NCBI GenBank assembly: GCA_963794945.1
Contig: CAWCFT010000015.1
Coordinates: forward strand, 32,001 to 96,000
From: Endomicrobiales bacterium
Lineage (GTDB): Bacteria; Elusimicrobiota; Endomicrobiia; Endomicrobiales; CAWCFT01
Direction of reading: 5' to 3'
DNA: 64,000 bases
Part shown: positions 21,014 to 33,778 of the stretch, in pieces
Numbering within the stretch: the stretch's first letter is position 1
Layout: the number at the start of each line of letters is the position of its first letter
The notes under the pieces: model-generated
The model's input: the letters and a program-made list of their open reading frames with translations, nothing else
What the model was told of the DNA's origin: nothing
Databases searched by the model: none
Translations under genes and position numbers: made by a program

Positions 21014-21496
21014 TCACACTTTCAGAAATTTAAAATACAGGCCTTCCATTTCCCTGAGATCTTCTGAACGGAATTTAACCTTCACCAGCGGAAACAAATT
21101 CTCATCTTCCTTTGACGCATGAGCCGATATGGCTTCTATTATCTCGAAGGCCGACTTGATCATCTGTTCCCTGGTGATCTTTGAAGGATATCTCTTGTGA
21201 TTTTCGGCGACTACTTTAAATCCGTTGAGTTTTTGAAGTATCGGCGCGTGCTCCGCCTCTATCTGCTTAAAGATGGCTAATTCCGCAGCCGTTAGAACTT
21301 TTTTAAGCACCGGAAAGAGCACTGCTTCTTCCATGGCAAAATGCTCCCGCACCTCTTTTTGAAAAAAAGTGGATATCTCTTCCGCCTTGTCCCAGAAAAA
21401 AGCGTCACTGTCGAGCGATCTGACAAGCTTTGAGAGGATGTCCCTTTTTTCTGAGATGCCCCGGTGTCCCGCGACTATTTTTTCTATTATGTCCAT
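21014..21496 (-). CDS. Hemerythrin (HHE) domain protein
   Basis: H...HFAMEEAVLFP...EH...HASKEDENLFP. Confidence 0.85.
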   Translation of the reverse strand: MDIIEKIVAGHRGISEKRDILSKLVRSLDSDAFFWDKAEEISTFFQKEVREHFAMEEAVLFPVLKKVLTAAELAIFKQIEAEHAPILQKLNGFKVVAENHKRYPSKITREQMIKSAFEIIEAISAHASKEDENLFPLVKVKFRSEDLREMEGLYFKFLKV

Positions 21497-21506
21497 TTTC
21501 GTCCCT

Positions 21507-23111
21507 TTATTTTTTCTGCTTTTTCTTTTTTAAGGCGTAGTCGTTAATGGCTACTATTATCTCAAGCATCGCGGAAACCGACCAGGCCTGAGAAACCGTT
21601 CCACCAGGCAGATGCTGGCTGCCGCTGAAAAGCTCAACGATGGTGTCTTTGTCCTTTATTAGGTACATGAGCCTGCTAGTCCTACCTTTTATCTTTGCCA
21701 TTTCGTTATCAAGGTCTTTCCTGACCCTAAGGTTTGCGAACATGTAATGTGACATAAGGAAAGGCCACACTGTGCCCTGGTGGTAAGCCTGGTCCTTAAC
21801 GTGCAATGGCGCAAAGGTGTCGTAAGTCCCGATGTATTTCGGGTCGTTAGGCGTAAGCGTCCGCGGCCCGTAAGGAGTAAGCAGTTCCTTTTCAATCGTA
21901 TCCACTATTGCTTCCTGTTTGTCTTGCGTCAGCAGGTCTTCTACCATTGAAAGCGACACTAAGAAGACCGCATTTGGCCTTATAGCCTCCGAATGCGGGT
22001 CGCCATCAAGCACGTCGAAAGGATAGAGCCGGCCGTACTCGAAAAAGCGGGCGTTAATGGATTTCGCTACCTCTTTTTTCAGTTTCGTATATTCGTTAGC
22101 GAGTTTTTTGTCGCCGGAAAGATAATTGAATTCGCTGGCGATAGCGAGCGCGTTATAGAATAGCGCCTGTATCTCGACCGGCTTGCCGTTTCGGGGAGTA
22201 ACCGGCACACCGCCCGGCGCCGCGTCCATCCATGTCCATTGCGCGGGTACAACTATAAGCTTGTCTGAGTCCATATAGAGGTCACCGCTGGATTTCGTGT
22301 AGCAGGAGATTATCCTGTTGACCACGGGCGTCATCTTTTTTATAAAAGCGTCGCCCGAAGCGCTGCTGGCCTGGAGCCGGTATTTGTTCAAAGCTTCTAT
22401 GAACCACAAAGAACCGTCGGCGCTGCCGTAATCTTTTGCTCCGGAGAAATATATCCTGTTAGGCAGAAGGCCTTCCTTGTTCTGCTGGGAAGCAAAATAG
22501 TTAAAGACGCTCTTAGCGTAGTCGAACCTGCACGTTAAAAGAATCAGTCCGCTTATGCTTATGAAAGCGTCGCGGCACCAGCTCTGGTCGAACCATGGGT
22601 AGCCGGCCATGAGCCTGACGTTCCCGTCGGGCATGCGCACGACGAAAGAATCGGCGGCTACGACCAGTTTCTTGAATATATCTTTGTTCTCTTCTATCTC
22701 GCTGCCGGTGCGGATAATGAAGTCGTTGTAGAGCACTTCCTCCATGAATTCCTGTATGAACCTGAAGAGCTGAAGGTTCGTATTGGCCTTGGTTTCGGGG
22801 TCTTTGCTTATGCTTGCGAACTTATTAAGCTCGCGTATATAGCCCCACGCTTCGGGTATATAGTCCTTGGTGAGTCCCGCGCGGTTCAAGATGTCATATG
22901 TCTTGTTGAAAAAATCGCCCCGCGCACTGTGATAGAGGAGCGCTGATTTACCTTTTTCCCCGGTGAATTTGATGTAGTGGCCCGCAACGAGCAGCACGTG
23001 AAGGCCCGGCGCGTTAATATTCCACAATATGTTCTTTCCGCCGTCGCTGTAGAGCGTGAAATTTTCAAGAAGGTTCAGTTTTTCCGTCATCGCATTGCTT
23101 ATCGCTTTCAT
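21507..23111 (-). CDS. Amylo-alpha-1,6-glucosidase (glycogen debranching, GDE C-terminal family)
   Basis: AGYPWF..W.RD, TWMDA, PRNGKPVEIQAL, IRPN, YHQGTVWP, QAWSV. Confidence 0.9.
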   Translation of the reverse strand: MKAISNAMTEKLNLLENFTLYSDGGKNILWNINAPGLHVLLVAGHYIKFTGEKGKSALLYHSARGDFFNKTYDILNRAGLTKDYIPEAWGYIRELNKFASISKDPETKANTNLQLFRFIQEFMEEVLYNDFIIRTGSEIEENKDIFKKLVVAADSFVVRMPDGNVRLMAGYPWFDQSWCRDAFISISGLILLTCRFDYAKSVFNYFASQQNKEGLLPNRIYFSGAKDYGSADGSLWFIEALNKYRLQASSASGDAFIKKMTPVVNRIISCYTKSSGDLYMDSDKLIVVPAQWTWMDAAPGGVPVTPRNGKPVEIQALFYNALAIASEFNYLSGDKKLANEYTKLKKEVAKSINARFFEYGRLYPFDVLDGDPHSEAIRPNAVFLVSLSMVEDLLTQDKQEAIVDTIEKELLTPYGPRTLTPNDPKYIGTYDTFAPLHVKDQAYHQGTVWPFLMSHYMFANLRVRKDLDNEMAKIKGRTSRLMYLIKDKDTIVELFSGSQHLPGGTVSQAWSVSAMLEIIVAINDYALKKKKQKK

Positions 23112-23142
23112 CTCACTGCTCTCCTTGGCCTGCCCCTTACAC

Positions 23143-24159
23143 TTATTTCCGGGCGCCGGCTGAGTGAATCTCTCGCTGGTTCTTAATACTTTCTTTTAAT
23201 GTCAACTTGTATTTCTTTATAAGTAATGTCGGATTGTACGAAATTTTGGCCTTTCTTAAGCCGTCGATACCCATATCCTCTTCGCGATTGATATATATTA
23301 TATGTTCCGGCAGGTTCATAGCGAAAAGCTTGTTTATCATCTGGTAAACGCCCTTGTGATCGGTCAATCCGTTCTCGTGGTGAACTACAGCCGTAGGGAA
23401 CGTGCCGTTCTCGTAAGCAAACTCGTCCACTAGCGTCGCGACGGTGGCCGCCACGATCTTTCCATCAGCGTAGAGCAACCCCCCGCAGGCTCCAATACCG
23501 TCAAAGTTCTCAATAAGCCTGCACGCCGCACAGTATGCTCCGGCACCCAGTATCCCGTTCTTTGCTGCTGCGACATCCCATTTCTCTATGAACTGCTTCG
23601 CGGCCGAAAGGTTATTATCGCTCAGCACCTCGTAGCTCCACTTATATTTGTTCTCGAACTGCCGCACGAGGTTCCTCTTCTGCGCGTACGCCCGGCCATC
23701 GAGCGCGCTTAGGTTTGACCTCTTGTAAACGTAATCATAATGGTCTCTGTCGTCGATTATATTGAATTCGTCTTTTTGTATGTGTTTCATGTAAACCTCG
23801 GGTATATCAGAGAACTCCAGCGCCAGTCCTTGTTCTTCACAATATTTAAAAAGGGCCCTGAAGAGCTCAATGAATATCTGCCCGAATTTGTCTTGATCCA
23901 ATTTATCTGTTTGCAGCGGCATAAGCACAACCATTCTTCCGGCCGTGACATAATAAACTATAAGAAAACCTCCCAGCCTCGAAACCCTGTAGTTAAAGAA
24001 GTCCCTCCAGCCGAACAGCGTATTGAAAACCATATCTGCAGAACAGGGCGGGCTGAACTTGTAAGCATGGAAGAAATCTTCTCTTTGATCCATGTCGAGA
24101 GCGCTATATGATGGAAATTCTGCGATCTTACTTAGTGTAGACTCGGACACATTTTTCAC
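23143..24159 (-). CDS. DUF2156 / phosphatidylglycerol lysyltransferase-like domain protein
   Basis: DYVY...L..L.G...KRN, G.YQMIN, YINREEDMGIDGLRKAK.SYNP. Confidence 0.85.
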   Translation of the reverse strand: MKNVSESTLSKIAEFPSYSALDMDQREDFFHAYKFSPPCSADMVFNTLFGWRDFFNYRVSRLGGFLIVYYVTAGRMVVLMPLQTDKLDQDKFGQIFIELFRALFKYCEEQGLALEFSDIPEVYMKHIQKDEFNIIDDRDHYDYVYKRSNLSALDGRAYAQKRNLVRQFENKYKWSYEVLSDNNLSAAKQFIEKWDVAAAKNGILGAGAYCAACRLIENFDGIGACGGLLYADGKIVAATVATLVDEFAYENGTFPTAVVHHENGLTDHKGVYQMINKLFAMNLPEHIIYINREEDMGIDGLRKAKISYNPTLLIKKYKLTLKESIKNQREIHSAGARK

Positions 24160-24250
24160 GTTAATAGCACCTCGATAGGAATACTCACGGAACAGGAATT
24201 GATCTCAGAAAATATCGACTGTGTCCTGTGGCAGGCGCAACAAGCCCATA

Positions 24251-27200
24251 TCATTCCGAACATTTCTTGATGCCTGCCTCGCATTGTTTAGCGCATGTAA
24301 TATCCAGAGATTTAGCTTTCTTGTAGTTCTGAATAGCCTGCTTTTTTTCACCAGCCGCGTATTGGGCTTCTGCAAGCTGAAAGTAAGCGGCGGAATATTT
24401 AGAGTTGAGTTCTATGGCCTTAGTAAAATCGGCGGTTGCTTTGCCGTTATCTCCATTTTTTGCGAAGACAAGCCCTCTATTGAAAAAAGCTGATGCAAAA
24501 TGTGGTCCGAGTTCTACAGCCTTATTGAGGTCTTCCAGTGCATTATCTGTCTCATTCATCCTGAAATGCGCTGTTCCTCTGCCAATATAGCTCAGTGCGT
24601 TTTTTGGCTCTGCCTCTATCGCCCCCGTAAAGTTAGTGACCGCGCCTTCGAGGTCCCCCTTTTTAAGCGCTATATTGGCCCTATTCGAATACTCGATCGC
24701 TCCAAGCTTGCGCGCGGGTTTTGCTTCTTTTATCGGTACGAACTTCTCTGGCTTCACCGCTACAGCCGGTTTTGGCTCTGGTTTTTCCTTGGCCGCTGGG
24801 GCCTGCTTTTCGATTTTCTCAGGTTTAGGTTCTTCTATTATTTCGGATTTGGGCTCACTGTTAGACGCGGATACAGGTTTTCCTAGATCCTCAAGTTTAA
24901 CTTCGTCTTTGTGTGCCGGCTGCCCCGCAAGCTCGGTCTTTGATTCTTCTTTTATTACGGATTTAGACTCAATTTTTACTTCAAAAGGGATTGCCGCTTC
25001 CGTTTTCTCAGACCTTGCTTCTTCTTTTGGCGCCGGCTGCTCTACGGGCGCGAGTATCGGTTCTTCCTTAATTTCCGGTTCCGCTTCTTCATTTATTTCT
25101 CGAATTGGTTTGGCTGCCGGAAAAGGTAAAGATACAGGAAGTTCTTCTTCAGCCTGCACGGGTTCCGGCCTTGGTTCAGGCGCCGGAGGTGTCAGGGTTG
25201 GGTCGATGGAGATTGCCTTCATGAAATCTTCTTCAAACCTCATCCTGTCTCCTGACGACGCATAGGCCTTAGCTCTTTCATAGTATGCTTTGCCGTTATT
25301 TGGTTCAAGCTCTATGGCCCGTTTCAGGTCTTTTATCGCAGACGGAATATTTCTGGTCTACGGCATACGCCCGCGCCCTCAAGATATATATCTCTGAGGA
25401 TTTGGGAGAAAGTTTTTCTGCGGTGTTGAGGTCTTTGACTGCTTCCGAAGCCATCCCTTTCTGTGAATAGCTTTTCGCCCGGCCGACATACCAGCGGTAG
25501 TCTTTAGGCGCGGCATCTATGGCCCTGGTATAACCACTTGCCGCATCTTCAAAGGCACCTGCATTAAAAAGCGCTTCTGACCGTCCGGTTATCACATCAA
25601 GGTCATCATCGCCCCCGCATTCGGCGGCCCGCGAGTAGTTATCCGCGGCAACACTGAAATTGCCATCTTTCAAATTCATGAAACCCATATCTCTGTAAAG
25701 CTCGTAGCCTTTAAAACCTAAGTCAGCGGCTTTTTTCAAGTTGATATAAGCGTTGTCAAAATCACCTTTTTTAATATTTACAGAAGCTATTTTTGAAAAA
25801 GCTTCACCGTCACTCGGACAAAGGCATCCTGCTTTCGTGTAATCGGCCAGCGCGGCATCATATTCTTGCTTTTTATAAGAGAAGTCTCCCCTCATTATAT
25901 ACCCGCGAAAGTAGTTCGGGTCGATCTTCAGCGCCTCGGTTATATCTTTCTCGCATCTTTCTATTTCACCCCTCTTAAGGTATATTTCAGCCCTCAATAC
26001 AAACACCTCAACTGTTTTTAACCGAAGCTCTATTGCTTTATTGCAGTCCCTCAGCGCCAGCTCATTTCTGCCTTGCCTCAAAAACATCCTTGCCCGCAGG
26101 TAATAGTGGTTCTTTTTCTTGGGATTAAATTTTACAGCATTTTCGTAATCTTTAAACGCTTGTTCATATTCGCCTTTTTCTTCATAAAGCTGGCCTCGGC
26201 GTCCGTAAATAAGGCCGTCTTTAGGGTTAAGATTTATAGCCGCGTTCAATTCTTCTATTAAAGTATTTATTTCTTCAAGTGTTTTTTGGGGGTTTGGCGC
26301 TGGCTCCGGTTTGCTGCAAATAACTGATACATTCTCCGCTGGAGGCTCGGCGGCTTCCCTTGATATTTTGATTTCTTCTTGGTTGACAGCCCCGCCAGCG
26401 GGCTGGTGTGCCGTGACAGGCGGAATGTTTTCGACGGCTGGAACGGCAGGAGGTTTAGACGCGGCAACAGAGGTGTTCTCCACGGGCGGAGCGATAGTAA
26501 GTTTGGGAGCGGCACTCTGGGGCTCTTCTTCAGCCTGGTTAAAGAACTCGCTTTGTTCAGCCATGACCTCTTCGTCTATTTCAGCTATGGCTCTGGTTAT
26601 CCAAGTTTCGGGCTCGGGAGGGTCTTGCGGTGGCTCCGCTATCTCCAGCCTGATAGTTTTAGCGTTAGCCCTCTCTTCTTCGCTCATTTGAGGTTGGGCA
26701 GGTGCCTCGGCCTCTGAAGGTTCATCGGGTGTTTGCGCTAATACAGGATTCTCTATCTTTTCCGGCTCTGGTTCCGTGACAGGCTCTTTTTCGGAAGTGT
26801 TACGCTCTTCGCTGATATCTTCAAAATATGCCTTTGGCTTTGCTATCTCGGCTTTTAATCCGGTGAACGTCCTTCCCCCGCCGAGCTCCATGGCTTTGTC
26901 GTAATCCTTGACCGCATTAAGGTTCTTCCCTTTGTTGCGCCAGGCTATGCCGCGGTAATAGTACGCCTCGGCATATCCCGGGTCCTGTTCGAGCGCCTTT
27001 GTAAAATCTGTGATGGCGGAATCGTTGTCGCCGTTTTCGAGGAATGCCAAACCGCGCTTTATATAAACATCTGCGCCGTCCTTTCCAAAATATATGGCCG
27101 AAGAATAGTCCTCAATAGCCTTTCCGATCTCGCCCTTTTTCATGAGGCAGCCTGCCCTCATGTAATTGGCATCAGGGTTCCCCTGAGATGCGTCTATGGC

Positions 27201-28988
27201 ATCAGTATAATCCTTTATGGCGCTGTCTATGTCGCCCTTACGCTCCCACGCTTTCCCGCGCAGGAAGAATGCTTCGTCAAAAGAATGGTCCAGCTCTACC
27301 GCCCTGGTTAGGTCGTTTATCGCGCCGCCTATTTCGCCTTTTTCAAGAAATATAAAGCCGCGGTTCCTGTAAGGCATGGCTTCTTTTTTATCCATATCTA
27401 TGGCTTTATCGAGGTCGTTAAGCGCCCCCTCCTGATCGCCTTTTGCAAGAAGCAGCCCGCCTCTTTCGGCATATAGCGCCGCGTCCGAAAAACCCAGTTC
27501 GACGGCCCTGTTGAAATCATCGAACGCGTTGTCTTTTTCATCAAGCCTAGCCAGCGATAAGCCGCGCAGAAAAAATGCCGACGCGTTCCTGGGGCTGTTC
27601 TCGATCACACGCGAAAGATCGGAAACCGCCTTTTTCCACTCATGTTTTTTAATAAGGCACATACCGCGTCCGTAATACGCTTCCGTCGTGTCTAGACTCA
27701 TCTCTATAGCTTTTGTATAATCGTTTATAGCTAGGTCGTACCTTCCCTTTTCATAATATATCTTGCCCCTGAGGCACCATGCCTCGACAAGCTTCTCGTT
27801 TAGCTCTATGGCCATGGAAAAATCTTTAAGAGCCCCATCGTAGTCGAACTTGAGTGCATAAAGGAGACCTCTGCCGTAATAGGCCTCCATGCAGTCGGGT
27901 TTGAGCTCGGCGGCTTTGCCATAGTCATAAGCGGCCTTATCGGTTTCACCCCTTTCCGAGTAGAGAAAAGCGCGAAAAATGTAAATGTAATACGACCTCG
28001 GCGAAAGCTCCGCCGCCGCGTTAAGGTCGCTTACGGAGTTAAGCAGGTCGTTTCTTTCGAAATAGTAGTTCGCCCGCGAGACATAGGCCAGCGTGAACTT
28101 GGGGTTGAGCTCCAGGGCCTTGTTGTACTGTTTAAGGGCCTTCTCGTAATATCCTTCGTACCGGTAAAAATGGCCAAGATTGTAATGCGCAAAATAATCA
28201 GCAGGGCAGAGCTCTATTGCCTTGTCAAAATCCTCGGCGGCAGTCTCGTCTTCCATATTCCTGCGGTGAGCTAAGCCCTTATTATTGTAAGCGAAAGAGT
28301 CTTCAGAATTGAGCTCTATGCCTTTTTCAAAATCTTTTATCGCCAAACCGTTCTCATTTTTGTTGCGGTAGGCTATACCGCGGTTGTTGTAGGCATACTC
28401 GTCGTTAGGGTTGAGTTCTATCGCTTTCGTAAAATCCGCTATCGCTGAGTCGTTGTCACCCATAAAGCGGTACAGTATCCCTCTGTTGTAGATAGCGGCC
28501 GCGTACTTGGGGTTAAGTTTTATAGCTTTGTTAAGATTATTGAGGGCTTTTTCGTATTCGTGTTTTCTGCGGTAGGCGTTGCCGAGCTCGTTGTACGCTG
28601 TGGAATTTTGCGGGTTAAGTTCGACGGCTTTTGCGAAATCTTCCACGGCAGAATCGAAATCGAACTTCTGCATGTAAACGCTTCCCCTGGCTATGTAACA
28701 GAAAGCAAATGCCGGATCAATGCTGATCGCCTTGTCGAAATCCTCCAGAGCGGCGGAATAGTCCTCACGCTTCTGGTAGTTTAGCCCACGGTTGTAATAG
28801 GCGGAAGCGTCTTCAGGATTGAGTTTTATCGCCTTGTCATCGTCCTTTAACGCCCTGTCGTATTCGTGTTTTTTTTGCTGGCTTATCGGTTTTTTGTAGG
28901 GGATAACGCTGTCTTCGGGGTTGAGCTCGATTTGCTCTATATATTTTTCTATCTGGGTTTGGAGTATTTTTTTATAATCTAGTGCCAT
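24251..28988 (-). CDS. Giant TPR protein (about 1580 aa when joined; apparent frameshift near 25345)
   Basis: Dozens of AY.NRG...A..DF.KAIEL.P repeats in three blocks with two Pro/Glu-rich linkers; the adjacent frame gives AIKDLKRAIELEPNNGKAYYERA leading into the 24251 ORF. Confidence 0.8.
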
Positions 28989-29161
28989 GGGAGACTCCGA
29001 TGTTAATGCTAAATTATATAATTATTGATAGCCTTAATCAACAATGGTTGTTGTACTACCAAACAAACTTAATATGCCTTATTTGTGTGATAAATTTTCA
29101 AAATATGATTGAAATTAGTTAAAAATATCCATGTGTGCGCCCTTTGGCAGTAGCGCCACCA

Positions 29162-30868
29162 CTATGCCTTTATTTTCTGTGAAACCTGCATTTTTGCCCA
29201 GGCGTCTTTCAGCGTCGCTGTACGGTTAAAAATGAGATTTTCCGCTGAAGAGACGGGGTCCACGCTGAAATAGCCGTGGCGCATGAACTGGAACCGCTCT
29301 CCGGGCTTTGCACCCTTTAGCCCGGGTTCGAGTTTGCAGCTCTTTAGTATCTTAAGAGAATCAGGGTTAAGGTTATCCGTAAATTCTCCGCCTTCAGGGA
29401 CATTTTCGGGATTTTCGGTTTTGAACAACCTATCGTATAGCCTAACTTCGGCATCAATAGCGTGCGCAGCAGACACCCAGTGCAGCGTACTTTTAACCTT
29501 ACGGTTGTCCGGCGTTCCCCCGCCGCGAGACTGAGGGTCGTAAATGCAGTGGAGCTCTACGACCTCCCCGGTTTTTGCGTCTTTGACGGCATTCGTAGCC
29601 GTAACGTAGCAGGCATGTTTGAGGCGCACCTCAACTCCCGGAGAGAGCCTGAAATAGCCCTTCGGAGGGACCTCGCGGAAATCGTCCTGCTCGATATAAA
29701 GCACTTTCGAGAACGGGATCTTTCTCCTGCCGGCCGACGGGTCTTCAGGATTGTTCTCGGCATCGAACTCTTCCACCTGGCCTTCCGGGTAATTGTCTAT
29801 TATAAGTTTTAATGGCTTTAACACTCCCATAACACGCGCCGTTCTTTTATTGAGGTCTTCCCTGATGAAATATTCCAGAAGCGCGAAGTCTACCGTGCTG
29901 TTGGTCTTATCCACACCTATCCTGTCGCAGAAGTTGCGTATGGCCTCAGGTGTTACACCTAGCCTGCGCAGCCCGGAAATAGTAGGCATCCTCGGGTCGT
30001 CCCAACCGCTGACGCGGTTCTCCTTGACAAGCTGGAGAAGTTTGCGTTTGCTCATTACCGTGTAATTAAGGCCGAGCCTAGCGAACTCTATCTGTCTTGG
30101 GTGGCAATTAATTGTTATGTTGTCTAACACCCAGTCGTAAAGCGGCCTGTGGTCCTCGAACTCCAGCGTGCAAATGGAATGGGTTATGTTCTCTATGGCG
30201 TCAGAGATAGGGTGCGCGAAATCGTACATCGGGTATATGCACCACTTGTCGCCGGTCCGGTGGTGAGAGACTTTCTTTATGCGGTAAAGTGCCGGGTCGC
30301 GTAAGTTGATGTTGGGGTTTGCCATGTCTATCTTTGCGCGAAGAACCCTCATGCCTTCAGGGAACTCGCCTTTTTTCATCCCCTCGAACAGGTCCAGGTT
30401 CTCCTTTACGGGCCTGTCCCGGTATGGGCTGTTCTTGCCGGGTTCAGTAGGGGTGCCGCGATATGCACGGATCTCATCGGGGCTTAAGTCGCAGATATAG
30501 GCCTTGCCTTTTTCTATAAGTTCGACGGCGCTTTTGTAGAACTGGTTATAATAGTCAGAAGCATAGTAAAGGTGCGTACCCCAGTCGAACCCCAGCCACT
30601 TTACGTCTTCCATTATTGAATCTATGTATTCAACTTCCTCTTTCTCGGGGTTGGTATCATCAAAACGGAGGTGACATACACCGTTGTAGTCTTTGGCTAT
30701 GCCGAAATTGAGGCATATGGATTTGGCGTGGCCGATGTGCAGGTAGCCGTTAGGCTCCGGGGGGAAACGGGTCTCAACCCGCCCGCCATTCTTTCCTGCC
30801 GCGCGCTCTTCATCTATTATATTTCGAATGAAATCTTTTTTTCGTTCTTCCGCGTTGGTTTCAGTCAT
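29162..30868 (-). CDS. glnS: Glutamine--tRNA ligase
   Basis: [41 protein letters not shown]. Confidence 0.95.
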   Translation of the reverse strand: MTETNAEERKKDFIRNIIDEERAAGKNGGRVETRFPPEPNGYLHIGHAKSICLNFGIAKDYNGVCHLRFDDTNPEKEEVEYIDSIMEDVKWLGFDWGTHLYYASDYYNQFYKSAVELIEKGKAYICDLSPDEIRAYRGTPTEPGKNSPYRDRPVKENLDLFEGMKKGEFPEGMRVLRAKIDMANPNINLRDPALYRIKKVSHHRTGDKWCIYPMYDFAHPISDAIENITHSICTLEFEDHRPLYDWVLDNITINCHPRQIEFARLGLNYTVMSKRKLLQLVKENRVSGWDDPRMPTISGLRRLGVTPEAIRNFCDRIGVDKTNSTVDFALLEYFIREDLNKRTARVMGVLKPLKLIIDNYPEGQVEEFDAENNPEDPSAGRRKIPFSKVLYIEQDDFREVPPKGYFRLSPGVEVRLKHACYVTATNAVKDAKTGEVVELHCIYDPQSRGGGTPDNRKVKSTLHWVSAAHAIDAEVRLYDRLFKTENPENVPEGGEFTDNLNPDSLKILKSCKLEPGLKGAKPGERFQFMRHGYFSVDPVSSAENLIFNRTATLKDAWAKMQVSQKIKA

Positions 30869-30960
30869 TAAAACAGCTCCTTAAATAGACAATACTTATT
30901 CAAATATTATATTCTTTTTGGAGAATATTGTAAACATGCCGCGCGGGTTACTGCTGATAT

Positions 30961-30994
30961 AAAAACGCCGGAACCTGTTTGGGCTCCGGCGTTT
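30961..30994 (-). terminator. Rho-independent terminator after pfp
   Basis: AAACGCCGGA...TCCGGCGTTT hairpin followed by a T-tract on the minus strand. Confidence 0.75.
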
Positions 30995-31016
30995 CCTTTA
31001 TTCGCGTCAAACTGGG

Positions 31017-32692
31017 CTATTTCTTGCCTTTTTGTTCGTATTGAAGTGTCTTTGTTGTCATATCAGTTACAGATGAAGGACCAAAATACTGTATGGGCCC
31101 CGGGAAAATGTAGCTTTCTGTCATGGCCCACTCTTTTCTGCTTTTTTCAAGCGCCTTGAACGGAGCGCCATCAAGCTCCACGAGGGCTTTCTGTATCACT
31201 GGCTTTTCTTTTCCCTTCCTTCTTTCGATATTCATCATCATGGTCAACGGTATGCCACCGCACTCCCACTGCTTTGAGTTTTTCACGAGCTTCCTGACAG
31301 AAGACAGGTAGCCCGAGAGCCCGTTTATAGCGAGTACCGCAGCGTTATAGCCGAGTGCGTATGTATAGTTGGCATCGAAATTCGAGGGCGCGCGCAGCGG
31401 CCTTCGTAGCCGAAGAAATGTGTTATCGTGGCAAATTTCCCATTGTATTTTCCTACCTTTTTCATCTCAATGAGCTGGGCCTTCACCATCTCTATCAAGA
31501 GCTTCTCGGTCTCTATCTGGGACACCTGCACGTTGCCGTGGGGGTCGCGGTCCAACATGAGCTGGTTTGCGATATTGACCGGCAAAGACCTCATGAGGTT
31601 TTCCAGGTGGCGCGGAAATTTGGCATATAGATAATTTTTCTGCTCTTCTATGTTAAGCAGTGCCTTTATCTGTTCCTCATTTTCAGCGAGAACGTCGTTG
31701 AGTGCGGAAATCAGCTCCTTAACCTCTGGAATGAACTCGACTAGTCCCTCTGGTATGAGGGCCACGCCGAAGTTCTTGCCGGCTTCCGCGCGTTTGGCCA
31801 CTACCTGCGCTATGCCGTCAACTACCTGATGAAGAGTCATTTTCTTTGAGCTTACTTCTTCACCTATCACTATGACGTTCGGCTGCGTCTTGAAACCGAC
31901 TTCAAGCGTGATATGCGAAGCGCTCCTTCCCATAAGGCGGATAAAGTGCCAGTACTTCTGCGCGGAGTTGACGTCGCGGCAAACGTTGCCTACGAGCTCT
32001 GCATATATCTTTGTCGCTGTATCGAACCCGAAAGAGGATTCCACGTGTTCGTTCTTTAGGTCGCCGTCAATTGTTTTAGGAACGCCTATAACGCTTATGT
32101 TGGTGCCTTCTTTTTTGAAAAATTCAGCGAGAAGCGCGGCGTTGGTATTGGAGTCGTCGCCCCCGACCACCACTAGCGCGTCTATCTTATTTGCGATTAT
32201 GTTCTTTTTTGTAAGCTCGAACTGTTCCGGCGTCTCTATTTTTGTACGGCCGCTCTGTATCATGTCGAATCCGCCGGTGTTCCTGTACTGGTTCATCATT
32301 GGCGCCGTTATCTCTTTCCATTTGTTATCCAGAATACCCGAGGGCCCTCCGAGAAAACCTATGAGTTTGTTCTTTGGGTTAGCTTTTTTGAGGCCGTCGA
32401 ACATGCCGGCTATCACGTTGTGCCCGCCCGGAGCCTGCCCGCCCGAAAGGACCAAACCGATCTTTACGGCTTTTTTGACAGCGGTGTTCTTTCCTTTGAT
32501 GAAACGCACTACCGGCATGCCGTAAGTGTTGGAAAACAATTCCTTCAATTTTTCCTGTCCGGATATGCTTTGGGTCGCTTCGCCGAGTTTTGGACTGACC
32601 GTTCCCGCTCCGCCGGCAAGTATAGCCGGAAGCACCGGCTTGAATTTTGACCTCTCGATCTGAAGTTCCGACTTCTGCGCCTGTTTTGCCAT
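31017..32692 (-). CDS. pfp: Pyrophosphate-dependent phosphofructokinase (apparent frameshift near 31390)
   Basis: SGGQAPGGHN, GGDDSNT, PKTIDGD, MGRSASH, GYEGRC then APSNFDANYTY in the adjacent frame; C-terminal PGPIQY. Confidence 0.92.
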
Positions 32693-32799
32693 TTCTAAAG
32701 CCTCCGTGATAATATTATTTGAACTGATATTATACAAAATATCTTTGTTTTTTTTAAATAGTTCCGGGTTGCCGTCTTTTGAGATAGTCCGCGGACTGG

Positions 32800-33766
32800 T
32801 TACCAAATGAACTTAAGCGGGTCGAGGTTTACGCCGTTCTTCTTTATTGTAAAGTGCAGGTGCGGCCCGGTAACGCGGCCGGTAGCGCCGCTTTTGGCTA
32901 TGAGCTGATGAGCCTTTACGTGCTGGCCAACGTGAACGAATATCTTGGAAAGGTGTCCGTAATGAGTGATATATCCATCCTGGTGATCAATGAAGACAGC
33001 CGTGCCGTAATGCCCGACATCGTTGCTTGCCACGATGACAACGCCGTCGGCCGCACGCCTACCCACGTTCCTATCTTACACGCTATATCTATGCCGCCGT
33101 GCATGCTGCGTGTACCCGTAACCGGGTGCCACCTCATGCCGAATGGGCTGGAGAGCCTTCCGCCAAGCGGGGAAACGAACAGTGCGCGCAACTCGTACTT
33201 TGCGCGCATCTTATCGTTCATGAGCTCCATGTCCGGCCGCCTGTCAAAAACAAAGACCATGTCGCCTTTTTTAAGGTCTTGTTCACCTGGGTTATATTTA
33301 TGGAGAGCATCTTCAGTTGTTTTGTAGCGCGCCGCGATCTTCTGCCAGGTATCGTTGTCCTGAACCACATGCAGCGTGCCTGCTTTTGAAGGGATAATTA
33401 TCTTCTGTTTGTAGTTAACTTCGTAGGTCTCAAGCTGCGGGTTGCAGCCGATGATAGAGTGCACCGAGTAGTGCCTATGCGTGGCAAGCTTCCAGAGGTT
33501 ATCCTTCATCTTCACTGAATAGATGGAAAACCCTACGTTGGAAGTCCTGGATTGCAGGTAGGCTAGCCTCAGGGAAAGGTCGCTCATCAGCCCTTCTGGC
33601 GTGTAAGCTACCTCGACAATAGGTTTTTGTTTAGGGGGCCTGCTTAGGATATAAGCGGGTACGGCGAACGCCAGCGGCAATTAAGCCGACCGCCAGAAAA
33701 TAATAACCCTTCTGCTTGAAACGCGCCAGTTCTATTTTATTGTTCCTGTTCTAAAGACCCCGGCAT
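32800..33766 (-). CDS. LysM + M23 metallopeptidase (apparent frameshifts; 5' end approximate)
   Basis: Two LysM-like repeats, SSPFG.R.HPVTG, HGGID, YGHLS, GPHLHF. Confidence 0.8.
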
Positions 33767-33778
33767 TCGATCGCTTAA

